Assembly: GCA_030390025.1 (NCBI GenBank) | Contig: CM059432.1 | Location: forward strand, 43,712,001 to 43,776,000 | Length of the DNA: 64,000 bases | Source of the DNA: Squalus acanthias | Lineage: Eukaryota | Reading direction: 5' to 3' | Shown here: positions 1 through 11,330 of the stretch, piece by piece | How positions within the stretch are numbered: the first letter of the stretch is position 1 | Layout of the letters: each line of letters opens with the position of its first letter | Notes under the pieces: generated by a model | Database searches by the model: none | Seen by the model: the letters and a program-made list of their open reading frames with translations, nothing else | Told to the model about the DNA's origin: nothing | Translations under genes and position numbers: made by a program

Positions 1-115
1 CTCCTTATGTGGCTCGGTTTCAAATTTTCCTTGATAACGCTCCTGCGACGCGCCATGGGACGTTTTACTACATTAAAGGCGCTCTATAAATGTAAATAGT
101 TGTTGTTGTTGTTGT
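1..115 (+). mobile_element. 3' end of L2-type LINE (or L2-tailed SINE) with (TTG)n tail
   Basis: ...TAAAGGCGCTCTATAAATGTAAA then (GTT)n; the same tail occurs in reverse at 8061, 8604 and 23105. Confidence 0.7.
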
Positions 116-1094
116 TAAGCCAAATTATTGTCTTCAGTTGACCTCCACCTTTCTGGTATATTGCACTTGCCAGTTCATTATCATAATGTTTTCGTACTAT
201 AAACAGAGACCTAGACAAGCATGCACATTATGTGCAAATATGTACACTTTTTACCCTCTTTGGGTGGCATATTCGACGTTGCACTTGATAGCTCATACTG
301 TAACAGCTGGTTTCCTGATCAAGAGATCTTAGCCGGGAGATGGTTGCCGCTCTACCCAGACCAGACATCACCTCACAAAGGGAAGGGAAAGTCAGATAGG
401 AAGTTTCAATTGCACTATCCTTGTGCGTCCCCTGGTGTACTATGATAAGTACATTACTGGAAAAGGAAACTGCAAGTGTTCCTCATACATCCTGAAAAAT
501 ATGGAATAAGGCACACTGCCAGCTTGCTTTTTTCATGTTGAAACCACGAGTAAACATAAAATGAACCCGAATTCCAGTATGGAATCCACCATTAATAAAA
601 TATTAAAACTATATACTTTCTGTAAGTCCAAGCATCCAAATTTTTTCTATCATTTGACAAACTATTTGATAAACTCTGATATGGAGCAGCCTTAAAGGGA
701 CCACTACAGGCTACTCCAAAAATGAAGCGCTGCTCCTGGCCTCACAAAGATACCCTGGCGCGCTGCTGGTTCCGAGAGTGCCTTCCGCCCCCAACCTCCC
801 TCCCCCGAGATCGCCTCCCCACCAGGTCCAAACTGTCAGCCATCTCAGTGTATGAACCGGATGATTTCCCACTGTCCCCTACTGGTAAGCAGGCTAGGAG
901 TCCCCATTCGGCACTGGCAGCTCACAGCCGCATGCTAGTGAGGCCCAACCACCAAGATGGCTCCGACCTCTCACTGCTGCGATCGGGTGGGCAGTACAAT
1001 CACAACACCCGCAGACCACCCGATTACCGCAGCAAACCAAAATCAGTCCCTACACGTTGTAATATCATACTGGTGGCAGGCAGGGTGGTGACAT

Positions 1095-1300
1095 GAAACT
1101 ACAAAAGACAGAATACCTAATATGATGGCGGGGAAATTGCACTGCTGATCCAGGCAAAAACTCACTTCAGAAACGATCGGTTCTGTATCCATTGGTGGAT
1201 CATTCCATCAAGAAAAGGGCTCAGTTAACGGAACTATTCCTAGAGTTGTGGCAAATTATGTAACAATGGTTTCAACAACCAGACACAAAAAGCTAATACA
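1095..1300 (+). pseudogene. possible highly decayed Tigger/pogo CENP-B-type HTH remnant
   Basis: Fragment translates VSIGGSFHQEKG..., weakly like the pogo/Tigger PISGPxLQEKA motif; frameshifted. Confidence 0.25.
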
Positions 1301-2098
1301 TTCATGAATTGTGCTCTTTTACTGGCAGTATTTTCTTAGCAGCGTTTCTTTGCTCTGTGCTACACGTCAGAAATCGGCATATTCTAAAAATGCTGCTGGT
1401 AAATTAATGCTCTGAAGAGAGGAGATTTTACCAAGATAGGCAGAAGGATTTATATGCCTATCACAAGGAAATTCTTTAGTTCAACAGCTACTAGGCGAAA
1501 GCTGTAAAGATGTAATTTAACTGTTGTGTTAAAAAATGAGAGAAATAAAACAGAACTAAGAACTTTATTAATAAGCTAATTGTTACTCAGTCTTGGTATA
1601 GTAAACCCCTTTTGAGATAATAATGCATGATAAACCTATTGTCCTAAAATGTGTATTTATATATGTATGTTTTTGATATATACGTCATGGAATATAAATT
1701 CATGCATTGTCAGATCAATACATTCAAATCACCAAAGGGGTGAGTTTCCTTGGCATTTTTGGCATACTGATCAATCAGGAACACCACAGGAAGTTTTGTT
1801 AATGAACAAATTCAGGTGTAGCCATTTCTGCTACTTGTACACCTTTGAGACACTTCTCCTGAGTTTCCTCATGGTTTTTGAGCCTTCCCGCGATCTGCCC
1901 ATCAAGACCACGCTGGCCCTGTTTGCCTATGTTAGAGTGGGAACCAGTGATGTAGCAGCTGCAAGTTTCCTGGGTTTGCACTGCGATTGCATTCTGGGCA
2001 ACTGACATTTATGAGGCACAGCAGCAACTGCCAGGTAGAAAAGAAGTTTGTGCGCTTGAAGAATCTGGAAACTGTGCGGTGATCTGTACAGTTTGGAA

Positions 2099-2422
2099 AA
2101 AGAAAGAAAGACTTGCATTTATATTGCGCCTTTCACGACCACCGGACATCCCAAAGCGCTTTGCAGCCAATGAAGTACTTTTTGAAGTGTAGTCACTGTT
2201 GTACTGTGGGAAATGTGGCAGTCAATTTGCGCACAGCAAGCTCCCACAAACAGCAATGTGATAATGACCAGAGAACCTGTTTTAGTGATGTTGATTGAGG
2301 GATAAATATTGGCCAGGAGACCGGGGATAACTCCCCGGCTCTTTGAAATAGTGCCATGGGATCTTTTACGTCCACCTGAGAGAGCAGACAGTGCCTTGGT
2401 TTAACATCTCATCCGAAAGATG
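2099..2422 (-). mobile_element. Deu-domain SINE (SacSINE1/AmnSINE-like) with L2-derived tail
   Basis: Reverse complement has CTTTCGGATGAGATGTTAAACC...AAAGATCCCATGGCACTATTTC...CCTGGCCAATATT (Deu core), then an L2-like tail; homologous to 11010-11330. Confidence 0.75.
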
Positions 2423-2519
2423 GAAACACTTTTTTCTGAACATTTCTTCAGCATTTTCTTTTTTCTGCAATGTCCTGCACTTGATTCTGACTGTCTCTCA
2501 CAGGGTCAGTCCACCAGAG

Positions 2520-2827
2520 GATTTTCAACCCCACTCCCCCCACCTGCAGTCAGGGCATCTCAGGAGCAGGTATTTCCCCCTCGGACACTTTAAAAAAAAG
2601 TGTTCCTTGTAGGTCAGGAGGAGCAGGAGTGCCCCAGAAGCAAATATTGGGCCTCCCTTGCCCCAGACTTCCCCCCCCTCCCTCGATCACGATCAGTCAT
2701 AGCCTGAATATTGAAGTGAGGCCTGGGAGTTAAAATCTCTCCAGGCCTCGACATGCGAGTTTGTCTCTCGCCACGGCCGCCACGCCCCTGCACACGCTGA
2801 TCTTGCCCCGAGTTAAAATCAAGGCCC
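2520..2827. mobile_element. non-autonomous Harbinger-type MITE fragment
   Basis: Ends in AAAATCAAGGCCC, like the GGGCxxGATTTT TIRs of other MITEs here; internal similarity to ~690-960, 3560-3973 and 41428-41940. Confidence 0.45.
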
Positions 2828-3559
2828 TAGTTTCAACATCAAGCAATCCAGGGTCAAGTATAATGGGGGATAAATACAGAGTGAAGCTCACTTTACAATG
2901 CCCCAGTATGGTATCTATCCCAACCTCAGAAAAGCACCAGTGTGCCATTCCGATTGCTCACACAAGCTGGTGCTGTAGCCTCTCACAGTTAGATAATGAT
3001 TTGGTGCTGAGTTATCAACAATTTTGTGCTGTGGATTCATGCCTAGTAGAAAAAGGATTCAGATTGCCAAATCACATTACATATAGGACCCTTATAACCA
3101 TAAGACAAAAGCGTCTTTCAGCCCATCAGTGTAACGATGGACTGTATCTAAAATCATTTATTCCATTACTTTGAGAACAGGCCTTGTTTTGAACCCATGT
3201 CTCAGAGGTGTTTTAACCCACCTTGCCACCAAATCCCTGGTTTCACTATTTCAACATTGGTTACTACCCAGACAGTCTTGCCTGCTTGTAATACTTCCAC
3301 CTAAGGGAGCTGTATGTGTTATTCCAGCATTCTTAGAGAAAGAAGTATTAGTATTGCAACTTAGCCATCAGCAATTTGTGCATTCAAAGCAATAAATGAT
3401 TAAAAAATGTTTAAATGAGAAACTACTCCTGCAGGGCTTCCACTTTTCTGTTGGCATAAGATAAAAAGCCACAAGATGTGATGATTGAGGCCACATTCAA
3501 TTTATAGTTTAAATCATTACAAGAATGAATCAACATCATTTGAGGGAAAACAATGATGT

Positions 3560-3973
3560 CAATTTTCACTGCTGTTGTTTGGTGTTAATAGGGCAGTAAT
3601 GGCCTGCAAATGGGGTTGGTAGCCTTACCACCTCGTTAACACCGGTGATGCGGCCGGCTCCATTTTGTAAGGGGTCAGAATTGATCAGACCCTGCACTAT
3701 GCACACTCTGACCAGTTTCACAGTCTGGGCCGCTGCCACCAAGTGACCCCCACCCCCGCAACTTATCTGGCTGGTGGCTGCCCTGGCCTGATCTTGAGGC
3801 CTCAGTCCATCGAGCTGCATTGTGGCACCTGTTTGGCGACCCCTCCTCCCCACTCACCTGCTAAATTTAAATGAGGCCAGGGCCTCAAAATCATGGGGGC
3901 CGCTTCGCCGTTGGAATGCGTGGCTGACTAGTGTGCTTCGATGGTCGGTAGGCCAGAAGTCAAAATCAACCCC
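3560..3973. mobile_element. non-autonomous Harbinger-type MITE fragment
   Basis: Shares TTAACACCG...GGCTCCATTTTG and AAATTTAAATGAGGCC...CTCAAAAT blocks with 41428-41940; ends AAAATCAACCCC. Confidence 0.5.
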
Positions 3974-4360
3974 AATGACTTTTAAACATAAAGTACCGTG
4001 CAATGCTGTGCATGCACAAGATTTCAATTGATGTTGAACTTGGGAGTAGAACTTTTTTGCTGAGTCTTCAGGTTAAAACATTTGAACAAAAACATGTGTC
4101 ATAATAATTCAGGCTGAATATAGAAAGTTCAGAGGGGAAGTGAAAAAGAAAATAAGAGAGGCAAAGAGAGAGTATGAGAATAGATTGGCAGCTAACATAA
4201 AAGAGAATTCAAAAGTCTTCTATATAAAGGCATATAAATAGTAAACAGGTAGTAAGAGGAGGGGTGGGGCTGATTAGGGAGCGAAAAGGAGACCTACACA
4301 TGGAGACAGAGGGCATGGCTGAGGTACTAAATGAGTACTTTGCATCTGTCTTCACCAAGG

Positions 4361-4871
4361 GCATTCAGCCTCGGATCTGCAGGTAAGCGTTCTCCAAGGC
4401 GGCCTTCGGGATACACGACAGCGCAAAATCATAGAGCAGAAACTGATAGCCAAGTCCCGCACTCATGAGGATGGCCTCAATCGCGATATCGGGTTCATGT
4501 CACGATACAGAACGTGACTTGACATCATGGCCGGTCTTCCCAGGTGTTTTTTTTTAAAAAGACTAACACAAGAACCAACACAAATTGACAGGATATGCAG
4601 CCAGCAGGTGGTTTGACACATTGGACCCCCTGGGACACATCTCATTGTCTTGGCTGTGCTCTTAGTGTGTCTTTGATGTAGGGAAAGATTTGAATAGATT
4701 TTGTCTGTGTTTAAATTGTGAATTCTGGGAGATTCTCTCACTGCTAACTTACCTGAGGAAGGAGCGACAGCTCCGAAAGCTTGTAAAATTAAATAAATCT
4801 GTTGGACTATAACCTGGTGTTGTGCGACTTCTCATTTTTGTCCACCCAAGTCCAACGCCGGCATCTCCACA
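4361..4871 (+). mobile_element. Penelope-like element 3' fragment (end of GIY-YIG ORF, pLTR and tail)
   Basis: Homologous to 58092-58576, plus the tail GTCCACCCAAGTCCAACGCCGGCATCTCCACA; flanked by direct repeat TCTTCACCAAGG (4349-4360, 4872-4883). Confidence 0.9.
4749..4786 (+). ncRNA. minimal type I hammerhead ribozyme in Penelope pLTR
   Basis: TTAC-CTGAGGA-A-GGAGC GACA GCTCC-GAAA-GCTT-GTAA: CUGANGA/GAAA core, perfect stem II, TTAC/GTAA stem I, palindromic AGCT stem III. Confidence 0.8.
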
Positions 4872-5492
4872 TCTTCACCAAGGAAGAAGATGCTGCTAAA
4901 GTCATAGTGAAAGAGGAGGTAGTAGAGATACTGGATGAGATAAAAATTGATAAAGAGGTGGTACTAGAAAGGTTGTCTGTACTTAAAGTTGATAAGTCAC
5001 CAGGACCAGATGGGAAGCATCCTCGGATGCTGAGAGAAGTTAAGGAGGAAATCGTGGCGGTACTGGCCATAACCTTCCAATCCTCCTTAGATACGGGTGT
5101 GTTGCCAGAGGACTGGAGAATTGCAAATGTTACAGCCTTGTTCAAAAAAGAGTGTAAGGATAAACCCAGCAACTACAGGCCAGTCAGTTTAACCTCGGTA
5201 GTGGGGAAGCTCTTACGAACGATAATCAGGGACAAAATGAACAGTCACTTGGACAAGTGTGGATTAATTAAGGAAAGCCAGTACGGATTTGTTAAAGGCA
5301 AATCATGTTTAACTAACTTGATTGAGTTTTTTGATGAGGTAACAGGGAGGGTTGATGAGGGCAATGCGGTTAACATGGTGTACATGGACTTCCAAAAGGC
5401 ATTTGATAAAGTGCCACATAATAGGCTTGCCAGCAAAGTTGAAGCCCATGAAATAAAAGGGACAGTGGCAGCATGGATATGAAATTGGCTAA

Positions 5493-6682
5493 GTTTTTTT
5501 AATTCTTTCATGGGATCTTGGCATTGCTGGCAAGGCCAGTATTTATTGCCCATCCCTAATTGCCCTTGAGAAGGTGGTGGTGAACTGCCTTCTTGAACCA
5601 CTGCAGTCCGTGTGGCGAAGGTTCTCCCACAGTGCTGTTAGGGAGGGAGTTCCAGGATTTTGACACAGCAACGATGAAGGAATGGTGGGCGATTTACTTC
5701 CAAGTCGGGATGATGTGTGACTTGGAGAGGAACTTGAAGGTGGTGGTGTTCCCATGCGCCTGCTGCCCTTGTCCTTTTAGGTGTTAGAGGTCGTGGGTTT
5801 GGGAGGTGCTGCCGAAAGAGCCTTGGCGAGTTGCTGCAGTGCATCCTGTAGATGGTACACACTGCAGCCACGGTACGCCGGTGGTGGAGGGAGTGAATGT
5901 TTAAGATGGTGGATGGGGTGCCAATCAAGCGGGCTGCTTTGTTCTGGATGGTGTCAAGCTTCTTGAGTGTTGTTGAAGCTGCACTCATCTAGGCAAGTGG
6001 AGAGTATTCCATCACACTCCTTACTTGTGTCTTGTAGATGGTGGAAAGGCTTTGGGGAGTCAGGAGGTGAGACACTCGCCACAGAATAACTAGCCTCTGA
6101 CCTGCTCTTGTTGCTACAGTATTTATGTGGCTGATCCAGTTAAGTATCTGGTCAATGGTGACCCCCAGGATGTTGATAATGGGGGATTCGGCGATGGTAA
6201 TGCCGTTGAATGTCAAGGTTGCGGTGGTTAGACTCTTGCTTGTTGGAGATAGTCATTGCCTGGCACTTGTGTGGCGTGACTGTTATCTGCCACTTATCAA
6301 CCCAAGCCTGAATGTCGTTCAGGTCTTGTTGCATGCGGGCATGGATTGCTTCATTATCTGAGGAGTTGTGAATGGCACTGAACACTGTGCAGTCATCAGC
6401 AAACATCCCCACTTCTGAACTTATGTTGGAGGGAAGGTCATTGATGAAGCAGCTGAAGGTGGTTGGGCCTAGGACACTGCCCTGCGGAACTACTACAGCG
6501 ATGTCCTGGGGCTGTGATGATTGACCACCAACCACCACAACCATCTTCCTTTGTGCTAGGTATGACTCCAGCCAGTGAAGAGTTTTCCCCCTGATTCCCA
6601 TTGACTTCAGTTTTACTAGGGCTCCTTGATGCCACACTCAGTCAAATGCTGCCTTGATGTCAAGTGCTGTCACTCTCAACTC
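5493..6682 (-). mobile_element. HER1-like LINE, 5'-truncated, inserted in CR1
   Basis: WHQGALVKLKS...[21 protein letters not shown] motifs; 3' tail GGGCAATTAGGGATGGGCAATAAA...polyA typical of shark HER1/HE1; splits the CR1 at GGCTAAGT|ACAGGAA. Confidence 0.8.
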
Positions 6683-7178
6683 ACAGGAACCAGAGAGTAG
6701 TGGTGAACGGTTGTTTATCGGACTGGAGGAAGGTACACAGTGGCGTTCCCCAAGGGTCGGTACTAGGACCACTGCTTTTCTTGATCTATATTAATGACTG
6801 TAGAATTGGGTGTACAGGGTACAATTTCAAAAATTGCTAATGACACAAAACTTGGAAGTATAGTGAACAGTGAGGAGGATAGTGATAGACTTCAAGAAGA
6901 CATAGACAGGCTGGTGAAATGGGCAGACACGTGGCAGATGAAAATTAACACAGAAAAGTGCAAAGTGATACATTTTGGTAGGAAGAATGAGGAGAAGCAT
7001 TATAAACTGAAGGGTACAATCCTAAACGAGGTGCATGAACAGAGAGACCTGGCGGTATATGTGCACAAATCATTGATGGTGGCAGGGCAGGTTGAGAAAG
7101 TGGTTAAAAAAGCATACAGGATACTGGACTTCATAAATAGAGGCATAGCGTACAAAAACAAGGAAGTTATGATGAACT

Positions 7179-7393
7179 ACAATAGCAAAATACTGCGGAT
7201 TCTGGAAATCTGAAATAACAACAGAAAATGCTAGAAACACTCAGCAGGCCAGGCAGCATCCATGGAGAGAGAAACAAAGTTTACGTTTCAGGTCTGTGAC
7301 AAAGGGTCACAGACCTGAAACGTTATCTCTGTTTCTCTCTCCACGGATGCTGCCTGGCCTGCTGAGTGTTTCCAGAATTTTCTGTTGTTATTT
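7179..7393. mobile_element. foldback mini-element from a second Penelope-like family (inverted pLTR ends)
   Basis: 88-bp inverted arms (7213-7300, 7306-7393) plus a 34-nt unpaired tail; 15-bp TSD AAGTTATGATGAACT (7164-7178, 7394-7408); homologous to 28459-28550. Confidence 0.8.
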
Positions 7394-8060
7394 AAGTTAT
7401 GATGAACTTTATAAAACACTGGTTCGGCCTCAACTGGAGTATTGTGTCCAATTCTGGGCACCGCACATTAGGAAGGATGTGAAGGCCTTAGAGAGGGTGC
7501 AGAAAAGATTTGCAAGAATGGTTCCAGGGATGAGGAACTTCAGTTATGTGGATAGATTAGAGAAGCTGGGGTTGTTCTCCATAGAGCAGAAAAGTTTGAG
7601 AGGAGATTTGATAGAGGTGTTCAAAATCATGAGGTGTCTAGAGAGAGTAGATAGAGAGAAACTGTTCCCATTGGCAGAAGGGTCAAGAACCAGAGGACAG
7701 AGATTTAAGGTGATTGACAGAAGAACAAAAGGTGACATGAGGGAAAACTTTTTTACGCAGCGAGTGGTTAGGATCTGGAATGCACTGCCTGAAAGGGTGG
7801 TGGAGTCAGACTCAATTGTGGCTTTGAAAAGGGAATTAGATAAGTACCTGAAGGAAAAAAAATTGCAGGGCTACAGGGAAAGGGCGGGGGAGTGGGACTG
7901 GCTGAAGTTCTCTTGCAGAGAGCCGGCACGGGCTCAACGGGCTGAATGGCCTTCTTCTGTGCTGGAACCATTCTATGATTCTATTCAAATTAGACATATA
8001 GACCCTGAAATTTTATGGGGGTTCTCTTGAACTGTTATAATGTCAGTGGAAGATTGGCAG

Positions 8061-10190
8061 AACAACAACTTGCATTTATAAAGCACTTTTAACATGGAGG
8101 AATGTCCCAGGGCACCATGGAGGTGCAATTATAAACAAATGGATGCTGAGCCAAAGAAGAAGATATTAGGAGAAGTGATCAAAAGCTTTGTCAAATAAGT
8201 GAGTTTTGAGGAGGGTATTAAAGGAGAAAAAGGAGGTGGAGATGGCAATGTGGTTTAAGGAGGGAATTTCACAGTATGGGTCCAGGCGACTGAAAGTACA
8301 GCCACCAATGGTGGAATGAAGTGGGGGGGATACACAAGAGGCCAGAGTTGGAGGAACGGAAAGTCTGGGGAGAGGGTTGTAGGGCTGGAGGAGGACACAG
8401 TGATAGGGAGGGTTAGGCCTTGAAGAAAAATAAACGTGAAGATCAGAATTTTAAATTTGAGGTGTTGGCGAACCAGGAGCCAATGTAGGTCAGTAAGGAC
8501 AGAGGTGATGGGATCGGGACTCAGTGCAACATAGGATATGGGCAGCAGAGTTTTGGATGAACTGAAGTTTACCCCAGGTGTTGGATGGCAGGCCAGCCAG
8601 GTTTCAACAACAACAACTTGTATTTATATAGCGACTTTAATGTAGTAAAACATCCCAAGGCGCTTCACAGGAGTATTATAAGACAAAAAATTTGACACCG
8701 AGCCACATAAGGAGAAATTAGGGCAGGTGACCAAAAGCTTGGTCAAAGAGGTAGGTTTTAAGGAGCGTCTTAAAGGAGGAAAGAGAGGTAACGAGGCAGA
8801 GAGGTTTAGGCAGGGAATTCCAGAGCTTAGGGCCTAGGCAACAGAAGGCACGGCCACCAATGGTTGAGCAATTTTAATCAGGGATGCTCAAGAGGCCAGA
8901 ATTAGAGGAGCGCAGATATCTCGTGGGGTTGTGGGGCTGAAGGAGATTGCAGAGTTAGAGAGGCGAGGCCATGGAGGGATTTGAAAACAAGGATGAGAAT
9001 TTTGAAATCAAGGAGTTGCTTAACCGGGAGCCAATGTAGGTCAGTGAGCACAGGGGTGATGGGCGAACGGGACTTGGTACGAGTTAGGACATGGGCAGCC
9101 GAGTTTTGATCACCTCAAGTTTAAATAGGGGAGAATGTGGGAGGCCAGCCAGGAGTGCGTTGGAATAGTCAAGTCCAGAGGTAACAAAGGCATGGATAAG
9201 GGTTTCAGCAGCGGATGAGCTGAGGCAAGGGCAGAGACGGGCAATGTTACGGAGGTGGAAATAGGCATTCTTAGTTATGCTGCGGATTGTGGTCGGAAGC
9301 TCATTTCAGGGTCAAATATGACACCAAAGTTGCAAACAGTGTGGTTCAGCCTCAGAAAGATGTTAGGGAGAGGGATGGAATCAGTGCCTAGGGAACGGAG
9401 TTTGTGGCGGGACCGAAAACAATGGCTTTGTTCTTCCCAATATTTAATTGGAGAAAATTTCTGTTCATCCGAACTGGATGTCGGACAAGCAGTCTGACAA
9501 TTTAGAGACCGTGGAGGGGCTGAGAGAAGTGGTGGTGAGGTAGAGCTGGGTGTCGTCAGCGTACATGTGGAAACTGACGCTGTGTTTTCGGATGATGTCA
9601 CAAAGGGGCAACATATAGATGAGAAATAGGAGGGGGCCAAGGATAGATCCTTGGGGGACAACAGAGGTAATGATGTGGGAGCAGGAAGAGAAGCCGTTGC
9701 AGGTGATTCTCTGGCTACGATAAGATAGATAAGAGGTGGAAGTAGTGTGGTCTTTGTGATTGAAGGAATATGGGGTCGGAAGCTCTGCTCAGATTCAAAT
9801 AGGACACTGAGGTTGCGAACAGTATGATTCAGCCTGAGACAATGGGCAGGGAGGGGGATAGACTCTATCACAAAAACACAGTATTTGTGGCAGGCAACGA
9901 AGATAATGGTTTTGATATTCGCAATGTTTAACTTGAGGAAATTGCAGCTCATCCAAGACTGGATGCCAGATAAACAGTCTGAAAACATAGAGACAGTGGA
10001 GAGATGATCGAGAGGTCGTGCTGAATGTCATCAGCATTTATGTGTAAGCTGACCCCATGTCTGCAGATGACATCACCAAGGGGCAACATGTAGATGAGGA
10101 AGAGGAGAAAGCTAAGGACAGATCTTTGGGGGACTCTGGACGTAATGATGCCGTGATGGGAAGTAAAGCTATTACTGAAGTTGCTCTGGA
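8061..10190 (-). mobile_element. cluster of L2 LINE 3' fragments (about three pieces)
   Basis: ACAACAACTTGCATTTATA tails at 8061 and 8604; minus-strand RT remnants ([33 protein letters not shown]). Confidence 0.8.
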
Positions 10191-10770
10191 TAGAAACAGG
10201 CCATTCAGCCCAATTGGTCTATGCCGCTGTTTATACTCCACACGAGCCTCCTCCCACTCTGATTACCTCTTCCCACCCTGCCGCCATATTCCTCTATTCC
10301 CTTCTCCCTCATATATGCAACAAGCCTCCTCTTTAATGCATCAATGCTATCTGGTTAAACCACTCCATGTGGTAGAGAATTTCATACTGTTTATTTGATC
10401 TGTTAGTGGCGGTATTATATTTATGCCCCCATGTTCTGGACTCATCCACAAGTGGAAACAGTTTCTTCACATCCACCCTATTTGAACCCTTTCAGAATTT
10501 TAAAGACCTCTTCCAGGTCTCCTCTTATTCTTCACTTTTCCAGAGAAAAGAGCCCCAGACTGCCCAATCTTACCTGATAGTTACATCCATTCAATTCTGG
10601 TAACATCCTTATAAATCTTTTCTGCACTTTCTCCAGTGCTTGAATATTGAAATATGGAGACCAGAACTGCACACAGTATCCCAAGTGTGGTCGACCCAAG
10701 GTTCTATATAAATGTAACATTACCTCCCTGCTTTTGCATTCTATTCCAATGGAAATGAACCCCAGTACTT
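10190..10770 (-). mobile_element. decayed CR1 3' fragment
   Basis: LYRTLGRPHLGYCVQFWSPY...ALEKVQKRF...LGLFSLEK. Confidence 0.8.
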
Positions 10771-11009
10771 TGTTTGTCTGTCCATTACCACAATTCACAG
10801 GACAGTGCTGGGTGCATACTGCAAGGCACGCCAGACCTATCCAGAGATTGGATCCTTCCTGTAAGCATTCACATGGCTGGCTCAATTGTTATGATAGTTT
10901 TCACATGTGCTTCATTGTAGCGTTCCTCTGTGAAACTGGTCGTCCTAAGAAGAGGCATCAAGAGCTATGGGAGTACGGGCTATGCCTTGTTACCCAGCAG
11001 GTGGTTTTG

Positions 11010-11330
11010 CAAGTGCCATCTTTCAAATGAAACATTAAACCGATACCAGTCTGCCCTCTCAGGTGGACATAAAAGATACCACGGCACTATTCAACAAAGA
11101 GCAGAGGAGTTCTCCCAGTGTCCTCAACCAGCACCTAAATAAGATTACTTGGGCATTTATCTCACTGCTGTTTGTGGGATCTTGCTGTGCACAAATTGGC
11201 ATCTGCGTTTCCTACATTACAACAGTGACTGCACTTCAAAAGTACTTCACTGACTGTAAAGCGCTTTGGAACGTTCTGAGGTCATGAAAGGCGCTATATA
11301 AATTCAAGTCTATCTTTCTTCTTTTTTTCT
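11010..11330 (+). mobile_element. Deu-domain SINE with L2 tail
   Basis: Reverse-orientation homolog of 2099-2422; ends GAAAGGCGCTATATAAATTCAAGTC-(TCTT)n. Confidence 0.7.

Larger units (their letters stand above)
4100..7985 (+). mobile_element. CR1 LINE (decayed ORF2/RT to 3' end) with three nested insertions
   Basis: KSPGPDG, NYRPVSLTSVVGK, KSCLTNL, DFQKAFDKVPH, VRPQLEYCVQFW motifs; 3' (ATTCTATG)-type tail near 7985; interrupted at 4361, 5493 and 7179. Confidence 0.9.

Noticed and set aside
138..495. Short ORFs in unique sequence
   Set aside because: No motifs and no consistent splice-site pair giving an open exon.
1930..2083. Possible minus-strand terminal exon (frames ...FLPGSCCCAS* or DHRTVSRFFKR...)
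   Set aside because: No recognisable protein family; the pyrimidine tract of the apparent acceptor comes from the adjacent SINE tail; no partner exons found.
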